Assembly: GCA_963727485.1 (NCBI GenBank)
Contig: CAVSGM010000003.1
Coordinates: 288,001 to 352,000, forward strand
Origin: an uncultured delta proteobacterium
GTDB lineage: Bacteria; Myxococcota; Myxococcia; SLRQ01
Direction of reading: 5' to 3'
DNA: 64,000 nucleotides
A model generated the notes under the pieces. It was not told the origin of the DNA and did no database searches. It saw only the letters and a program-made list of their open reading frames with translations. Both the position numbers and the translations under genes were made by a program. Of the stretch, positions 8,743-19,797 are shown piece by piece (position 1 is the stretch's first letter; each line of letters opens with the position of its first letter).

Positions 8743-11700
8743 CTACTTCGCCGTGGTGACCACGGAGTTGGTGACGGTGGTGCCGGTGTTGCCGCCGGCG
8801 ATGAACAGGAAGGCGCTCTCCTCCGCGGCGCCCATGTAGGCCCGGGGGGTGGGGATGGCGCCGCCGCCCAGGGCGTTCCAGTTTCGGGTCTCCGGTGGCC
8901 CGCCGCTGCACCCGCCACCGGCGCCCGAGCAGATCGCCGTCGAGTTGCTGGTGGTCGAGGGGGCCCCCCCGGCGCCGCCCCCGAAGAGGTAGAGGTAGCC
9001 GTTGCCCTGGAGGAAGCCGGCGCCGGTCTGGATCTGGGCGTTGGACTGGGCGGTGAACGCAGCCAGGTCGCCGGTGGTGCCGGGGATCGCCGACTCCACC
9101 GCGCGGGTGTCGCCGGTGGCCGTGGCCCCGGGGCCCACCCAGAGGTCGGTGGTGCCCGAGGCGATGGCGCTCATGTCCGCGTGGGTGGCGGTCGCCGCCT
9201 CGATGTCACCCCGGGCCGTGTTCAGGGACCCGGTGGTGGCGCCGTCGGCGGTGAGGGTCTGGGCCTCCCGGCCCTTGGCCACCGCCGGCGGGGTGATGGC
9301 CACCGTGAAGTACTCGGCGGTCGCCAGCGGCGCCCCGGAGAGGTCCATGCCGCCGATGGCGTAGAGGTACCAGGTGCCCGACTGGGTGGCGCTTTGGGCC
9401 GCGGCCACGGCGAGGCCGGCACGCGCCGTCCCCAGGCTCACGCCCGTGTCGTGCCACACCCCGAGCGAGCCCGGAGGCAGCGGCGTCTGGGTGGGGTCGG
9501 TGGCGGCCCCGGTGTCGGTGAAGGTGGTGCTGCTGGCGCCGGTGGTGGTGCCCAGGAGCTGCGACGTCTGCTGGGGTCATGTCCGCGTTCGGGGTGCGGT
9601 AGATGCGGTAGCCGGTGGCGCCGGGGATCTGGTCCCAGGTGAGGGTGATCTGGATCCCGCCCGCGGCCGGGAGCTGCACCACCTGCACCTCGCCGGGGAG
9701 CGACTCGCCGCCGGGGTTCGAGGGGTCGCTGGCCGGGAACACCGCGGAGATCCGGTAGTACCAGAAGCCCGCGCCGATGCCCCCGGTGTCGCCCTGGGAC
9801 AGGGAGAGGTCGGTGACCGTGGGGGTGGCGAGGGGATCGAGGATCTGGGCCCGGTACACGGTGCTGGTCGGGGCCCCGGTGTCGTCGTCGCCGCCGAGGA
9901 GGTAGACGAAGTTGCCCACCTTCACGCCGCCGGCCATGGTGCGCGGCGCCGGGAGGGCGTGGCGCTGGGTCTGCCAGGTGCCCAGGTGGCCGTAGACGTC
10001 GACGCTGGCCGACTCCACGGTGGTCTTGGTGGTCTGAACCGGTGCCACCGCGTTCGGATCGTCGCCGCCGATGGCGTAGAGGTAGCGGCTGGTGTAGGTC
10101 GGCCTGCCGGCGAGGAGCGCCAGGCCCTCGCGAGGCTCGACCATGGCGCTGCCGGCGCTCCAGGCGTGGAGGTTGCCCGACGGCAGCTTCACCGAGATCG
10201 CCGAGTAGTCGAAGTAGGCGCCGTCGCCGTTGGTGACCCGGACCACGCACACGCTCCCCTCGGGGGCGGCGTTGCCGGTGGGGCTCACCCACTTCGTGGC
10301 GTCGAAGGTGGCGTCGAGGGTGTCCGGGGTGGCGGTGATCACCATGGCCGGGCCCTGGTACATCGTGCCCGTGGGGTCGGTGCAGCTCACGCTGAGGGTG
10401 AGGGCGCCGGAGGTGTCGAAGTTGGCGCCGGTGAGGGTGACGGGGACTGCGCTGTTGGCGGGCACCGAGCCCGGGGCGATGGAGGTGATCAGCGGCGGGT
10501 CGTTGGCGGTCACGTGGACCGCGTTCTGGAGCACGCCGCTGGAGCCGTCGGGGTTGGTGACGATGAGGTCGTAGTCCCCGGCGGGCAGCCCCTTGGGGAC
10601 CACCGCGGTGAGGGTGCCCGCGTCCACCCAGACCACGGCGTGGAGCTCGGAGGCCACGGTGGTGGAGCCGGCGTTCACCGGGTTCAGGTAGGCCCGAGGG
10701 GTCTCCTGGAAGTCGACCTGGCCGCTCGGCGCCGGCACGGTGGCGGTGATGGTCACCGCCGTGTCCAGGTTGGTGGAGACGTAGGCCGGGGAGATGGCCT
10801 CGAGGGCCAGGGTCAGGGTGCCGGTGACGTGGAGGCCCTTGGCGAGCGAGCCCACGCAGCCGGTCTGGCTGGTGACCCGGACGTCGTAGTCGCCGGCGGC
10901 GAGGCCGGCGGGGATGGTCACCAGGGTGCGGTTGGGCTGGCCGGGGACCGGGCTGCCGGTGAGGGTGGTGGCGGTGCCGGAGCTGTCGACCAGCTCGACC
11001 TTGGAGGCGGCGGCGGTGAGCCCGGTGGTGTAGACCGTCGCCTGGACGGCGATGCCGTTGTAGACCTGCGGCGGGTCGACGAAGAACACCGTCGGCTCGG
11101 GGTCGATGGTGACGGTCGGGTAGGGCTTGGCCTCACAGCTCGGGCCGTTGGTGACCTGGAGCGAGTAGGTGCCCGGCAGGATGCCGGTGGGGAAGGCCGC
11201 CTGGAGCTCGGTGGCGCTCACCAGGGTGAGCCCGCTCGAGGGGGTGGCGTTCCCGTTCTTGTCGAGGAGGTTGACCCGGGTGCCGCCGGTGAAGCCGGTG
11301 CCGGTGAGGTCCAGGGTGCTCCCGAGGTCGGTGCAGAACTCCGCCGGCGTCACGTTGGTGACGGTGGGCACGGGGTTGACGAAGAACACCCCGGTGGCCG
11401 CCTGGCTGCAGGCGGCGCCGCCGGCGTCGGTGACGGTCACGGTCACGTCGCCCTGGACCAGGGTCCCCGAGGGGAGGTTGACGGCGAGGTCGGTGCAGCT
11501 CTGCATCCCCGCGGGGAAGGAGAGCGCGGTGCAGTTCGAGGGGGTCACCGTGGCCGGGGTGTAGGTGGTCCCGGCGCTGTCGGTGAGGCTCACCGCCGGC
11601 GGGGTGGTCCCGTCGTAGACGAAGCCGGTGCCCTGGATGTCGAGGCTGGTGTCCGGGGAGGCCACGCAGACCCCGGCGGGGGTCACGGCGGTGATGGTCA

Positions 11701-13513
11701 GCGCCGGCGCCTCGGCCAGGGCGGTCTGGCTGCCGCCGGAGCAGGCGAGCGGCGCCGGGTTGGTGACCTGGACGTCCCCGAGGCCCGGGGTCATCGCGCC
11801 CTTCGGCGCGGTGGCGGTGAGCTGGGTGCAGGTGTTGACCTGGGTGGCGCCGATGGTGCCCGCGGTGCAGTTCTGGGCGGTGACCGAGGTGGCGGCGGTG
11901 CCGTCGAAGGTCACCGTGGGCGCGCTGCCGCCGATCTCCAGGAAGCCGGTGCCGGTGAGGACCACGGTCTGGTCGCCGCCCGCGGTGCACACCAGCTGGG
12001 GCTGGGCGGAGGTGACGGCCGGCGGGTCGACCACCGGGATCTGGGCCGACCAGGTGTCGTCACAGCCGGCGGGGTCGGGGTTGGTCACGGAGACCGCGAC
12101 CTCGGGGCCGGTGACGTCCGCCGAGGAGAAGGTCACGGTGAGGGTGGTGCAGTCGTTGACCGTGTGGCCGGGGGCCGCGGGGGAGAGGGGGGTGCAGTTC
12201 GAGCTGACCACGCCGTTGGCCGGCACCGCGGTGCCTCCCACGGTGACGGCCGGCTCGGTGCCGTCGATGTTGAGGAAGTGGGTGCCGGTGAGGGTGAGGC
12301 TCGCCGGGCCGCCGGTGTTGCACACCACCGGGGGCTGGACGTCGGTGATGGTCGGCCCCGGGGCCAGGACCAGCTGGGCGCTGGCGGTGCCGTCGCAGCC
12401 CGCGGGGTCGGGGTTGGTGACCGTGAGGTCCGGGGCCACCGGGTCGGCATTCGTCTGCTGGGGGACGGTGACGGTGAGGGTGTTGCAGGTCTGGACGGTG
12501 CGGCCGGTGACCGCGAGGTCCGAGCAGTCGCCGGCGGCGGTCACGGTGACCGCCTGGCCGCCGAGGGTGGCGGTGGGGAGGGTGCCGTCGATGGTGAGGA
12601 AGCCCGAGCCGTTGACGGTGACCTGACGGTCGCCCTGGTCGGTGCACGCCAGGGAGGGGTCGATGGCGGTGATCGAAGGCGGCGGGACCACCATGAGGTT
12701 GACCGTCTCCTCGCTGTGGCAGGCGGCGGTCACCGGGTTGTCGAGGGTGAGGCTGTGGGCGCCCGGAGCCAGCGACCCCTGGGGCACGGTGAAGGTCGCC
12801 TGGGTGCAGGCCTTCGCGCTGATGGCCTTCTGGGCCACGTCGCTGCAGCTGCCGAGGGTCACCTGGTCGAAGGGGGTGGTGCCGTCGGTCAGGATCGGGG
12901 TCTTGCCGTCGATCTGGAGGAAGGTGGTGCCGCCCACGACCAGCTGCCGGTCGCCCTGGGCGTCACAGAGGATCCCCGGGGTGAGCGCGGTGACCGTGGG
13001 CTTGGGCGCCACCGCCAGCGCCCCCTGGCTGGTGGCGTCGTTGGAATCGGGGTTCGTCACCTGGACGTCGTAGATCCCCGGCTGCATCGCCCCGCCGGTG
13101 GTGCCCGAGCCCTTGAGGGCCTGGTCGATGGTGAAGGTCATCTGGCTCTGGCTCTGCCAGGTCAGGTGGCCCTCGTTCTGGCCCCCCGGCTCCCCGCTGA
13201 AGGTCACCTGGGCGCCGCCCTTGCCGGTGCCGTCGAGGCCGGTCTTGGGCACCAGGCTCAAGGTGGGCAGGGCGGTGCCCGGCTCGCCGGGGATGTTCAC
13301 CGGGACCGGGGAGAAGCCGCTGCCGGTGACCTTCACCTGGGTGGTGATCTGGTCGGCGCAGACGATGCCCGGGTCCACGGGGAGGGGCTTGCCGGCGGCG
13401 GGGCTCGCGACGCTGGGGGCGGGGCCGGTGAGCTTCTGCTGGCACCCGGCGGCGCAGAGGACCAACGTAGGGAGCAGGAGGACGGCCAGGCGGGGCCGGA
13501 ACGGGGTGGACAT
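8743..13513 (-). CDS. Giant surface lipoprotein with Cys-containing IPT/TIG-like repeats and C-terminal Kelch repeats (frameshift near 9565)
   Basis: Lipobox AAGC, ~100-aa repeats P.IT.V.P...C...TLTGTGF...VTNPDP..C, Kelch motifs YLYAIGG/VYLLGG/LYLFGG continuing in ORF 8743..9459 after a one-base shift; GGAGG SD. Confidence 0.8.
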
Positions 13514-13671
13514 TTGTCCCTCCAGGGAGCGGGGGCCGGTCGGGGGGCCGGTGGGGCTTCGGGGAATCGGACGAGGCTCCCCCGGTCGGGTTACCGGGGG
13601 CTCCACCGGGTCGGATGGCACCCGGGCCGGCCTTGCACTGGAATCGAGGCGGCTCCAATCTGGTTGACGTC

Positions 13672-13995
13672 ATGGCCGACCACGATCCGCTGACCGGACC
13701 GCCGCAGGGCGACACCGAGGTCGTCCCCGAACGAAAAGTGAAGAAGCCCCGGCTCTACCGGGTCCTCCTCCACAACGACGACTACACCACGATGGAGTTC
13801 GTGGTTCACGTGCTCATGAAGTTCTTCCGCAAGAGCCACGCCGAGGCGTCCTTCATCATGCTCACCGTCCACACCAAGGGCGTGGGCGCCGCCGGCGTGT
13901 ATCCCCGGGACGTCGCCGAGACCAAGGTCCACGAGGTCACGGAGTACGCCCGGGAGCAGGGTCACCCGCTGATGGTGACCATGGAGGCAGAGTGA
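13672..13995 (+). CDS. clpS: ATP-dependent Clp protease adaptor ClpS
   Basis: [21 protein letters not shown]...[22 protein letters not shown]...HPL. Confidence 0.97.
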   Translation: MADHDPLTGPPQGDTEVVPERKVKKPRLYRVLLHNDDYTTMEFVVHVLMKFFRKSHAEASFIMLTVHTKGVGAAGVYPRDVAETKVHEVTEYAREQGHPLMVTMEAE

Positions 13996-16247
13996 AGCTG
14001 AAGCCGGAGCTGGAGGTGGTCATCCGGGTGGCCCTGCGGGACGCCGAGGAGCGGCGCCACGAGTACGCGGGCCTGGAGCACCTCCTTTACGCCCTCTGCC
14101 ACGATCCGGAGACCGTCGACGTCCTCAACAACGCCGGGGCCGACGTGGAGCTGTTGCGCGGCCGCCTCGACAAGTTCCTCGCGAGCCTGGAGAAGCTCCC
14201 CGAGGACGAGGACGTCGAGGCGCGGCCCACCCTGGCCTTCCAGCGGGTCATCCAGCGCGCGGTGTTCCACGTCCAGCACTCGGGCAAGGACGAGGTCGGC
14301 GGACCCAACGTCCTGGTGGCGCTGTTCGGAGAGCCCGACTGCGCCGCGGTGGCCTTCCTCCAGGAGATGGGCGTGGGCCGGGTCGACGTGGTCTCCTTCC
14401 TCTCCCACGGGGTCAGCCGCCTCGAGGATGGGGAGGGGCCGGCGACGCCCATGCTCCCCTCCGGGGACGAGGGCGAGGACGGCGAGGAGGGCGGCCCGTC
14501 GCCCAAGATCAAGGACCCCCTCCAGGCGTGGTGCGTGAACCTCAACGAGCTGGCGAAGGACGGGGGCATCGACCCCCTCATCGGCCGGGACACGGAGATC
14601 GAGCGGACCATCCACATCCTCGCCCGCCGCCGGAAGAACAACCCCCTCTACGTGGGGGACTCGGGGGTGGGGAAGACCGCCATCGTCGAGGGCCTGGCCC
14701 TGCGCATCGTCGAGGGGCAGGTCCCCGAGGCGCTCCACGACGCGGTCATCTACAACCTCGACATGGGCGCGCTCCTGGCGGGCACCCGCTACCGGGGCGA
14801 CTTCGAGAACCGTCTCAAGGCGGTGGTCAAGGCGCTGGAGAAGCAGCCCGGGTCCATCCTCTTCATCGACGAGATCCACACGGTCATCGGCGCCGGGTCG
14901 GCGAGCGGCTCGGCGATGGACGCCTCGAACCTCCTCAAGCCGGCGCTCCAGAGTGGGAAGATCCGCTGCATCGGGTCGACGACCTACCAGGAGTACCGCA
15001 GCTACTTCGAGAAGGACCGGGCCCTGGTGCGTCGGTTCCAGAAGATCGAGGTCAAGGAGCCCTCGGTCGAGGACACGGTGAAGATCCTCGAGGGCCTCAA
15101 GCCCAAGTTCGAGCAGTACCACGGGGTCACCTACACCCACCCGGCGCTGGAGACCGCCGCGGAGATGAGCCACCGCTACCTCCACGACCGGCGGCTCCCC
15201 GACAAGGCCATCGACCTCATCGACGAGGCCGGGGCGGCGATCAAGCTCAAGCGTGGGCGCAAGCAGGTGGGGGTCGCCGAGATCGAGCGGATCCTCGCCA
15301 CCATGGCCCAGATCCCGCCCAAGCGGGTGGGCAGGAGCGACAAGGACCGCCTCGCCAGCCTCGAGGACGACCTCAAGACCGTGGTCTTCGGCCAGGACGA
15401 GGCCATCGAGCGGGTGGTGGCGGCGATCAAGCTCTCCCGGGCGGGGCTGCGCGAGCCGGAGAAGCCCATCGGCGCCTACCTGTTCACCGGGCCCACCGGT
15501 GTGGGCAAGACCGAGGTCGCCAAGCAGATCGCCCAGACCATGGGCATCCAGTTCATCCGCTTCGACATGAGCGAGTACATGGAGCGGCACACCGTCTCGA
15601 GGCTCATCGGCGCGCCCCCCGGCTACGTGGGCTTCGACCAGGGGGGGCTGCTGACCGAGGCGGTGAACCAGACGCCCCACGCGGTGCTCCTCCTCGACGA
15701 GATCGAGAAGGCCCACCCCGACGTCTACAACATCCTCCTCCAGGTGATGGACCACGGGACGCTCACCGACAACAACGGCAAGCGCGCCGACTTTCGCCAC
15801 GTGATCCTCATCATGACCAGCAACGTCGGCGCCCGGGACCTGCAGAAGCGGCGCCTCGGCTTCGGTGAGGCGGTCGACCGCGCCGCCGACGACAAGGCCT
15901 TCAAGGACCGGTTCAGCCCCGAGTTCCGAAACCGCCTCGACGCGCGGGTGCGCTTCGCGGCGCTCTCCCAGTCGGTGATGGGCAAGATCGTCGACAAGTT
16001 CATCGCCGAGCTCGAGCTGCAGCTCGCCGACCGCAAGGTGGACATCGCGCTCACCGACGCGGCGCGGGTGTACCTGGCGGAGAAGGGCTACGACCCGGAC
16101 AACGGGGCGCGGCCGCTGGCGCGGGTGATCCAGGAGGAGATCAAGACGCCGCTCGCCGACGAGGTGCTCTTCGGGCGCCTGGAGAAGGGCGGGCGCGTCG
16201 AGGTCGACGCGGTCGACGGGAAGATCGCGTTCCGCTTCGCCGGGTGA
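13992..16247 (+). CDS. clpA: ATP-dependent Clp protease ATP-binding subunit ClpA
   Basis: Clp-N (RRHEY...EHLL), two AAA+ modules ([16 protein letters not shown]), [29 protein letters not shown] overlap with clpS. Confidence 0.97.
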   Translation: MKLKPELEVVIRVALRDAEERRHEYAGLEHLLYALCHDPETVDVLNNAGADVELLRGRLDKFLASLEKLPEDEDVEARPTLAFQRVIQRAVFHVQHSGKDEVGGPNVLVALFGEPDCAAVAFLQEMGVGRVDVVSFLSHGVSRLEDGEGPATPMLPSGDEGEDGEEGGPSPKIKDPLQAWCVNLNELAKDGGIDPLIGRDTEIERTIHILARRRKNNPLYVGDSGVGKTAIVEGLALRIVEGQVPEALHDAVIYNLDMGALLAGTRYRGDFENRLKAVVKALEKQPGSILFIDEIHTVIGAGSASGSAMDASNLLKPALQSGKIRCIGSTTYQEYRSYFEKDRALVRRFQKIEVKEPSVEDTVKILEGLKPKFEQYHGVTYTHPALETAAEMSHRYLHDRRLPDKAIDLIDEAGAAIKLKRGRKQVGVAEIERILATMAQIPPKRVGRSDKDRLASLEDDLKTVVFGQDEAIERVVAAIKLSRAGLREPEKPIGAYLFTGPTGVGKTEVAKQIAQTMGIQFIRFDMSEYMERHTVSRLIGAPPGYVGFDQGGLLTEAVNQTPHAVLLLDEIEKAHPDVYNILLQVMDHGTLTDNNGKRADFRHVILIMTSNVGARDLQKRRLGFGEAVDRAADDKAFKDRFSPEFRNRLDARVRFAALSQSVMGKIVDKFIAELELQLADRKVDIALTDAARVYLAEKGYDPDNGARPLARVIQEEIKTPLADEVLFGRLEKGGRVEVDAVDGKIAFRFAG

Positions 16248-16298
16248 TCGGGACCGGCGGCCCGGCTGCTAGGGTGGGGACCCCTGCCGGGGGACCCC

Positions 16299-17283
16299 AT
16301 GAGCTACGACCTCGAGTTCCCACCCCCACCCGGGGCGTCCCTGGACGCCGACGCGGTCTTCGCCCACTTCGCCGCGCGGCACGGCTACACGATCACCGCG
16401 TCCGACCCCGGCGCGGTGCCGCCGTTCCGGGAGGCCGACTACGCCAACCCCGAGACCGGGGTGTCCTTCCAGTTCGAGCTCCTCGGGGACGCGGGGGACG
16501 CCTCCTCCGTGTCTCCCGCCGCTGTGCCGGCCCTGGGGTTCACGCTCAACTTCTACCGCCCCCGGTTCTTCGCCCTCGAGGCCGCCCTCGAGAATCGAGG
16601 CGCTGTGCGCGGCCTTCGACCTCGAGGTCCTCGATCCCCAGGACGGCGGGGACGGTCCGGGACCCTTCGACGGCGAGCGCTTCGTGCGCGGCTGGGAGGC
16701 GGCGAACCGCCGGGCCGCCCGGCTCGGCGTCACCCAGGGCTTCCAGATGCCCCGGCCCGTCCCCGGCGCCGAGCTGGAGGCCGCCTGGCGCTGGAACCTC
16801 GCGCGTGAGGACCGCCGGGCCGGCCACGGGGGGCGGGTCTTCGTGCCGCGGATCTTCCACCTCGAGGTCGACGGCCGGGTGGAGACCGCCTGCGCCTGGA
16901 CCGACGCGGTGCCCATCGCCCTCCCGGTGGTCGACCGGGTGGTCCTGGTGCGCCTCCCGGGTCGGCTCCGTCGGGTCCTCGGCGCCCGGGCGCGGATGAG
17001 CGTGGTCCCCTGGTCCGAGGTGGCGCCCGTGGTCGAAGAGGTCGCTGGGGCCGACGGGGTGGCTGGGGCGACGAGGGCTGGGGCCGACGGGGTGGCTGGG
17101 GCCGACGGGGTCGCCGCCGACCCGGCGCCCTGGCCGCATCGCCTCCTCGTCTACGCCGAGGGCGAGGTGCCCGACGGAGTGCGCCGCCTCTTCGCGGCCC
17201 ACCGCGGGGGCGGCGACACGCCCAAGATGCTCGCGAGCCACGCGCTCATGGACGCCGAGATGTTCCCGGAGGACCACGGGTAG
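16299..17283 (+). CDS. Hypothetical protein (frameshift near 16595)
   Basis: MSYDLEF...YANPETGVSFQF...FTLNFYRPRFFALEAALE continues, after removing one A, as IEALCAAFDLEVLDPQ... into ORF 16684..17283. Contains ~18-bp tandem repeats (AGADGV) at ~17044-17110. Confidence 0.65.
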
Positions 17284-17354
17284 GCTTGGGCGGAGGCCCG
17301 CGACCGGCTCGGCCCCCGGGCAGGGCGGTCCCCGGGCAGGACGGCCTGCCTGGC

Positions 17355-18181
17355 TCAGGGGAGCGCGAGGCGCCCGTGCCGCCGCCAGCCCACCGAGAGC
17401 AGCCAGGTGCGCGGCGCTGCGACCGGGATCTCCGGGGGTCCGCCCCCGCCCCGGCCCCGCCCCCGGCCCCGGCCCCGGCCCCGGCCCCGGCCCCGGCCCC
17501 GGCCCCGGTTCGTCGCCAGCCGTCGAAGCTGCGCGCGGAGCTGAAGGGATCGAGGCCGCCCTCGCCACCGCGGCGTGCGGATCCCGGCGCCGGCCGCCCC
17601 AGATCTGCGAGGTGCGGCGCCCACTGCCGGGCGTGGTGCCGGTGGTTCCCGAGCACGTAGGCGAGGGCGTGGCGGACCTCCCGGGGGGTGCGGAGGATGC
17701 GCGCGTGGTATCGGTCCGCGAGGACCGCCCCCCGGGAGCCCATGAGCCGGTTGAGGCCCCGGGCGAGGCGGACCCCCAGACCCTTCATCGCCCGCCCCAG
17801 GGCCGCGGCGTCGCGGGCCTCGACCAGGAGGTGCACGTGGTTGCCCTGGACCGAGTAGTGGCAGAGCCGGACACCGTGGCGCTCCCGGGCGGCGAGGAAC
17901 GCCGCGCCCAGGACCCGGAAGCAGCGGCGGGAGCGGAGCTGGAACACGTGGGGCCGGACCCGGAGGGTGACGTGGACCGGGTAGCGGCTGGCGAGGCGGG
18001 GCCGGGTGGTGTGGGCGACGCCGGGCCGGTCGCCGCTGGGCTTCCGCCCGGCGCCGGCGCGACGCCCGCCCCAGGTGGGCAGGTGGAGATCGAGCTGGCG
18101 AGGGCGGCGGGCTCGAGGGGCACGGGACGAGCGGGCAGGGGACGAGCGGGCGCGGGACGAGTGGGGATGGGGCTGGGACAC
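17355..18181 (-). mobile_element. Y1 HUH transposase-like protein (IS200/REP-associated tyrosine transposase type)
   Basis: WGGRRAGAGRKP, PVHVTLRV, HYSVQGNHVHLLVEA (HUH), RYHARILRTP...LAYVLGNHRHH (catalytic Tyr region), DPFSSA..FDGW. Likely C-terminus PVAAPRTWLLSVGWRRHG lies in another frame after a GGGGCC repeat. GTG 18181 with GGAG SD chosen as start; 3' end uncertain (17355 or 17246). Confidence 0.85.
17442..17508. repeat. (GGCCCC/GGGGCC)n hexanucleotide tandem repeat, ~10-11 imperfect units
   Basis: Directly visible: ...ccccggccccggccccggccccgg... Confidence 0.95.
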
Positions 18182-18215
18182 GGGGAGCTCCGGAGCAAGG
18201 ATCGGCGGGCGTCGT

Positions 18216-18484
18216 CTTGACTCGGCGGACATTCTAGCGAGGGGGTCTGACACTGCTGCCAATTGGCAAGAGTCATGGGTGCCGTTTGGCGAACGTCGGC
18301 CGGTGGCACGGCACGGGTGGGCCGGAGGGGTGATGCGGGCGCCGAGTGACGCCGGACCGTCTGCGGGGTGGCCGGCCCTGCGCCACTCGGCGCCGGCATC
18401 ACCACGTGTTCGTGCCCGCCGGCTGCCGGCGCCGGCGCCGTGCAGGCCGACCTTCCCACCCGGTCAACCTTGATTCGGCGGACA
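18216..18484. repeat. 16-bp direct repeats (18216-18231, 18469-18484) flanking a 20-bp inverted repeat (18329-18348 / 18384-18403)
   Basis: CTTGACTCGGCGGACA vs CTTGATTCGGCGGACA (15/16); GGTGATGCGGGCGCCGAGTG vs CACTCGGCGCCGGCATCACC (19/20 complementary). Confidence 0.85.
18231..18252 (-). promoter_or_regulatory. Putative PafBC/RecA-NDp-type promoter (TGTCAG-N10-TAGAAT) upstream of the HUH gene
   Basis: Minus strand reads TGTCAG ACCCCCTCGC TAGAAT, matching the actinobacterial TGTCRG-N10-TANNNT motif. Confidence 0.55.
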
Positions 18485-18565
18485 GCGCCTGTGCCCCGAC
18501 CTCCCCCGCCGCCCCGGCACCACCTCGCGCGCCGGCCTGGCGGCCGCGTCACGCCCGCCCGCCGC

Positions 18566-19783
18566 CTACTGCTCGTCCTCCGGCGTCCGCGGCCCCTCCT
18601 CGGCCCCCTCCTCGGCCCCCGCCTCCATCGCCCCACCGCCCTCCGGCCCCCGGCGGAACGGCCCGTGGGGCGTCATCCAGTCCATCTCCTCCGCCACCGC
18701 CTCGGCCTCCTCCTCGAGGAACCGCGCCACCGCCGCCGCCAGGCCCGGGTGCCGGAGCAGGTGCGCCGAGTGGCACGCGGACGGCAGCAGCCCCCGCTTG
18801 AGCTTGTGCGAGCCCTGGGCCCCGGCTTCGAAGCGGTGGACCCCGTGGGCCAGGCACCACTCGATGGCCTGGTAGTAGCAGAGCTCGAAGTGCATCGAGT
18901 CCAGGGGCTCGAACGCCCCCCAGTACCGCCCGTACAAGGCGTCGCCCTGGTGGAGGAAGAGCGAGGCGGCCACCGGCTCGGCGCCGCGGTGGGCGAAGGC
19001 GACGCGCACCTGCGCCGGCATCTCGCGGCGCAGGTGATCGAAGAACGCCCGGGTGAGGTAGGGCATCCCGCCCTTGCGGCCGACGGTGTCCTGGTAGAGG
19101 CGGTAGAGGGCGCGCCACTCGACGTCGCCCATCTCGGCGCCGGTCCACATGCGCAGGGTGAGGCCGTGGCTGGCGGCCCGGCGGCGCTCCCGGCGGACCT
19201 GCTTGCGCGACGCGGACCGCATCGCCGCCAGGTAGTCGTCGAAGGTCTCCCACCCGGCATCGTTGACCCAGTGGAACTGCTCCGAGAGGCGCGGCAGGAA
19301 GCCGGCGGCGCCATCGAGGAGGGCCTTCTCCTCGGCGGTGCAGAACAGGACGTTCACCGAGACGATGCCGCCCGCCCGGGCCATCTCCTTCATCCCCGCC
19401 ACGAGCCCGGCCTGCACCGCCGCGGGGTCGGCGCCCGGGTGCACCAGCAGGCGCCGGCCGGTGACCGGGGTGAAGGGCACCGCGGCGACGAGCTTGGGGT
19501 AGTAGGGGATCCCGGCGTCGAGGGCCGCCCGGGCCCAGCCCCAGTCGAAGATGTACTCGCCCCAGGAGTGGTCCTTCTCGTAGAAGGGCACCGCGCCCAC
19601 GAGGCGCGCGCCGTCCCAGGCGGTGAGGTGCCGCGGTCGCCAGCCGGTGCCCTCGCCCACCGAGCCGCTCGACTCCAGGCCGGCGAGGAAGGCGTGCCGG
19701 GTGAAGGGGTCGTCGGGTGCCACCAGCGCGTCCCAGGCCTCGGGGTCCACCGAGGCCAGATCGCCGGTCTCCACGATCTCCAA
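18566..19783 (-). CDS. FemAB-like GNAT family protein (COG3146 type)
   Basis: PFTRHAFLAGLE.SG.VG..TGW, HSWGEYIFDWGWA, YYPKLVAAVPFTPVTG, LYGRYWG, HFELCYYQAIE, FEAGAQG.HKL.RG. Start approximate. Confidence 0.9.
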   Translation of the reverse strand: MEIVETGDLASVDPEAWDALVAPDDPFTRHAFLAGLESSGSVGEGTGWRPRHLTAWDGARLVGAVPFYEKDHSWGEYIFDWGWARAALDAGIPYYPKLVAAVPFTPVTGRRLLVHPGADPAAVQAGLVAGMKEMARAGGIVSVNVLFCTAEEKALLDGAAGFLPRLSEQFHWVNDAGWETFDDYLAAMRSASRKQVRRERRRAASHGLTLRMWTGAEMGDVEWRALYRLYQDTVGRKGGMPYLTRAFFDHLRREMPAQVRVAFAHRGAEPVAASLFLHQGDALYGRYWGAFEPLDSMHFELCYYQAIEWCLAHGVHRFEAGAQGSHKLKRGLLPSACHSAHLLRHPGLAAAVARFLEEEAEAVAEEMDWMTPHGPFRRGPEGGGAMEAGAEEGAEEGPRTPEDEQ

Positions 19784-19797
19784 CGCCGCCGCCAGGC

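Noticed and set aside
18216..18484. CRISPR mini-array
   Set aside because: Only two 16-bp repeats with a 237-bp gap, and no cas genes.
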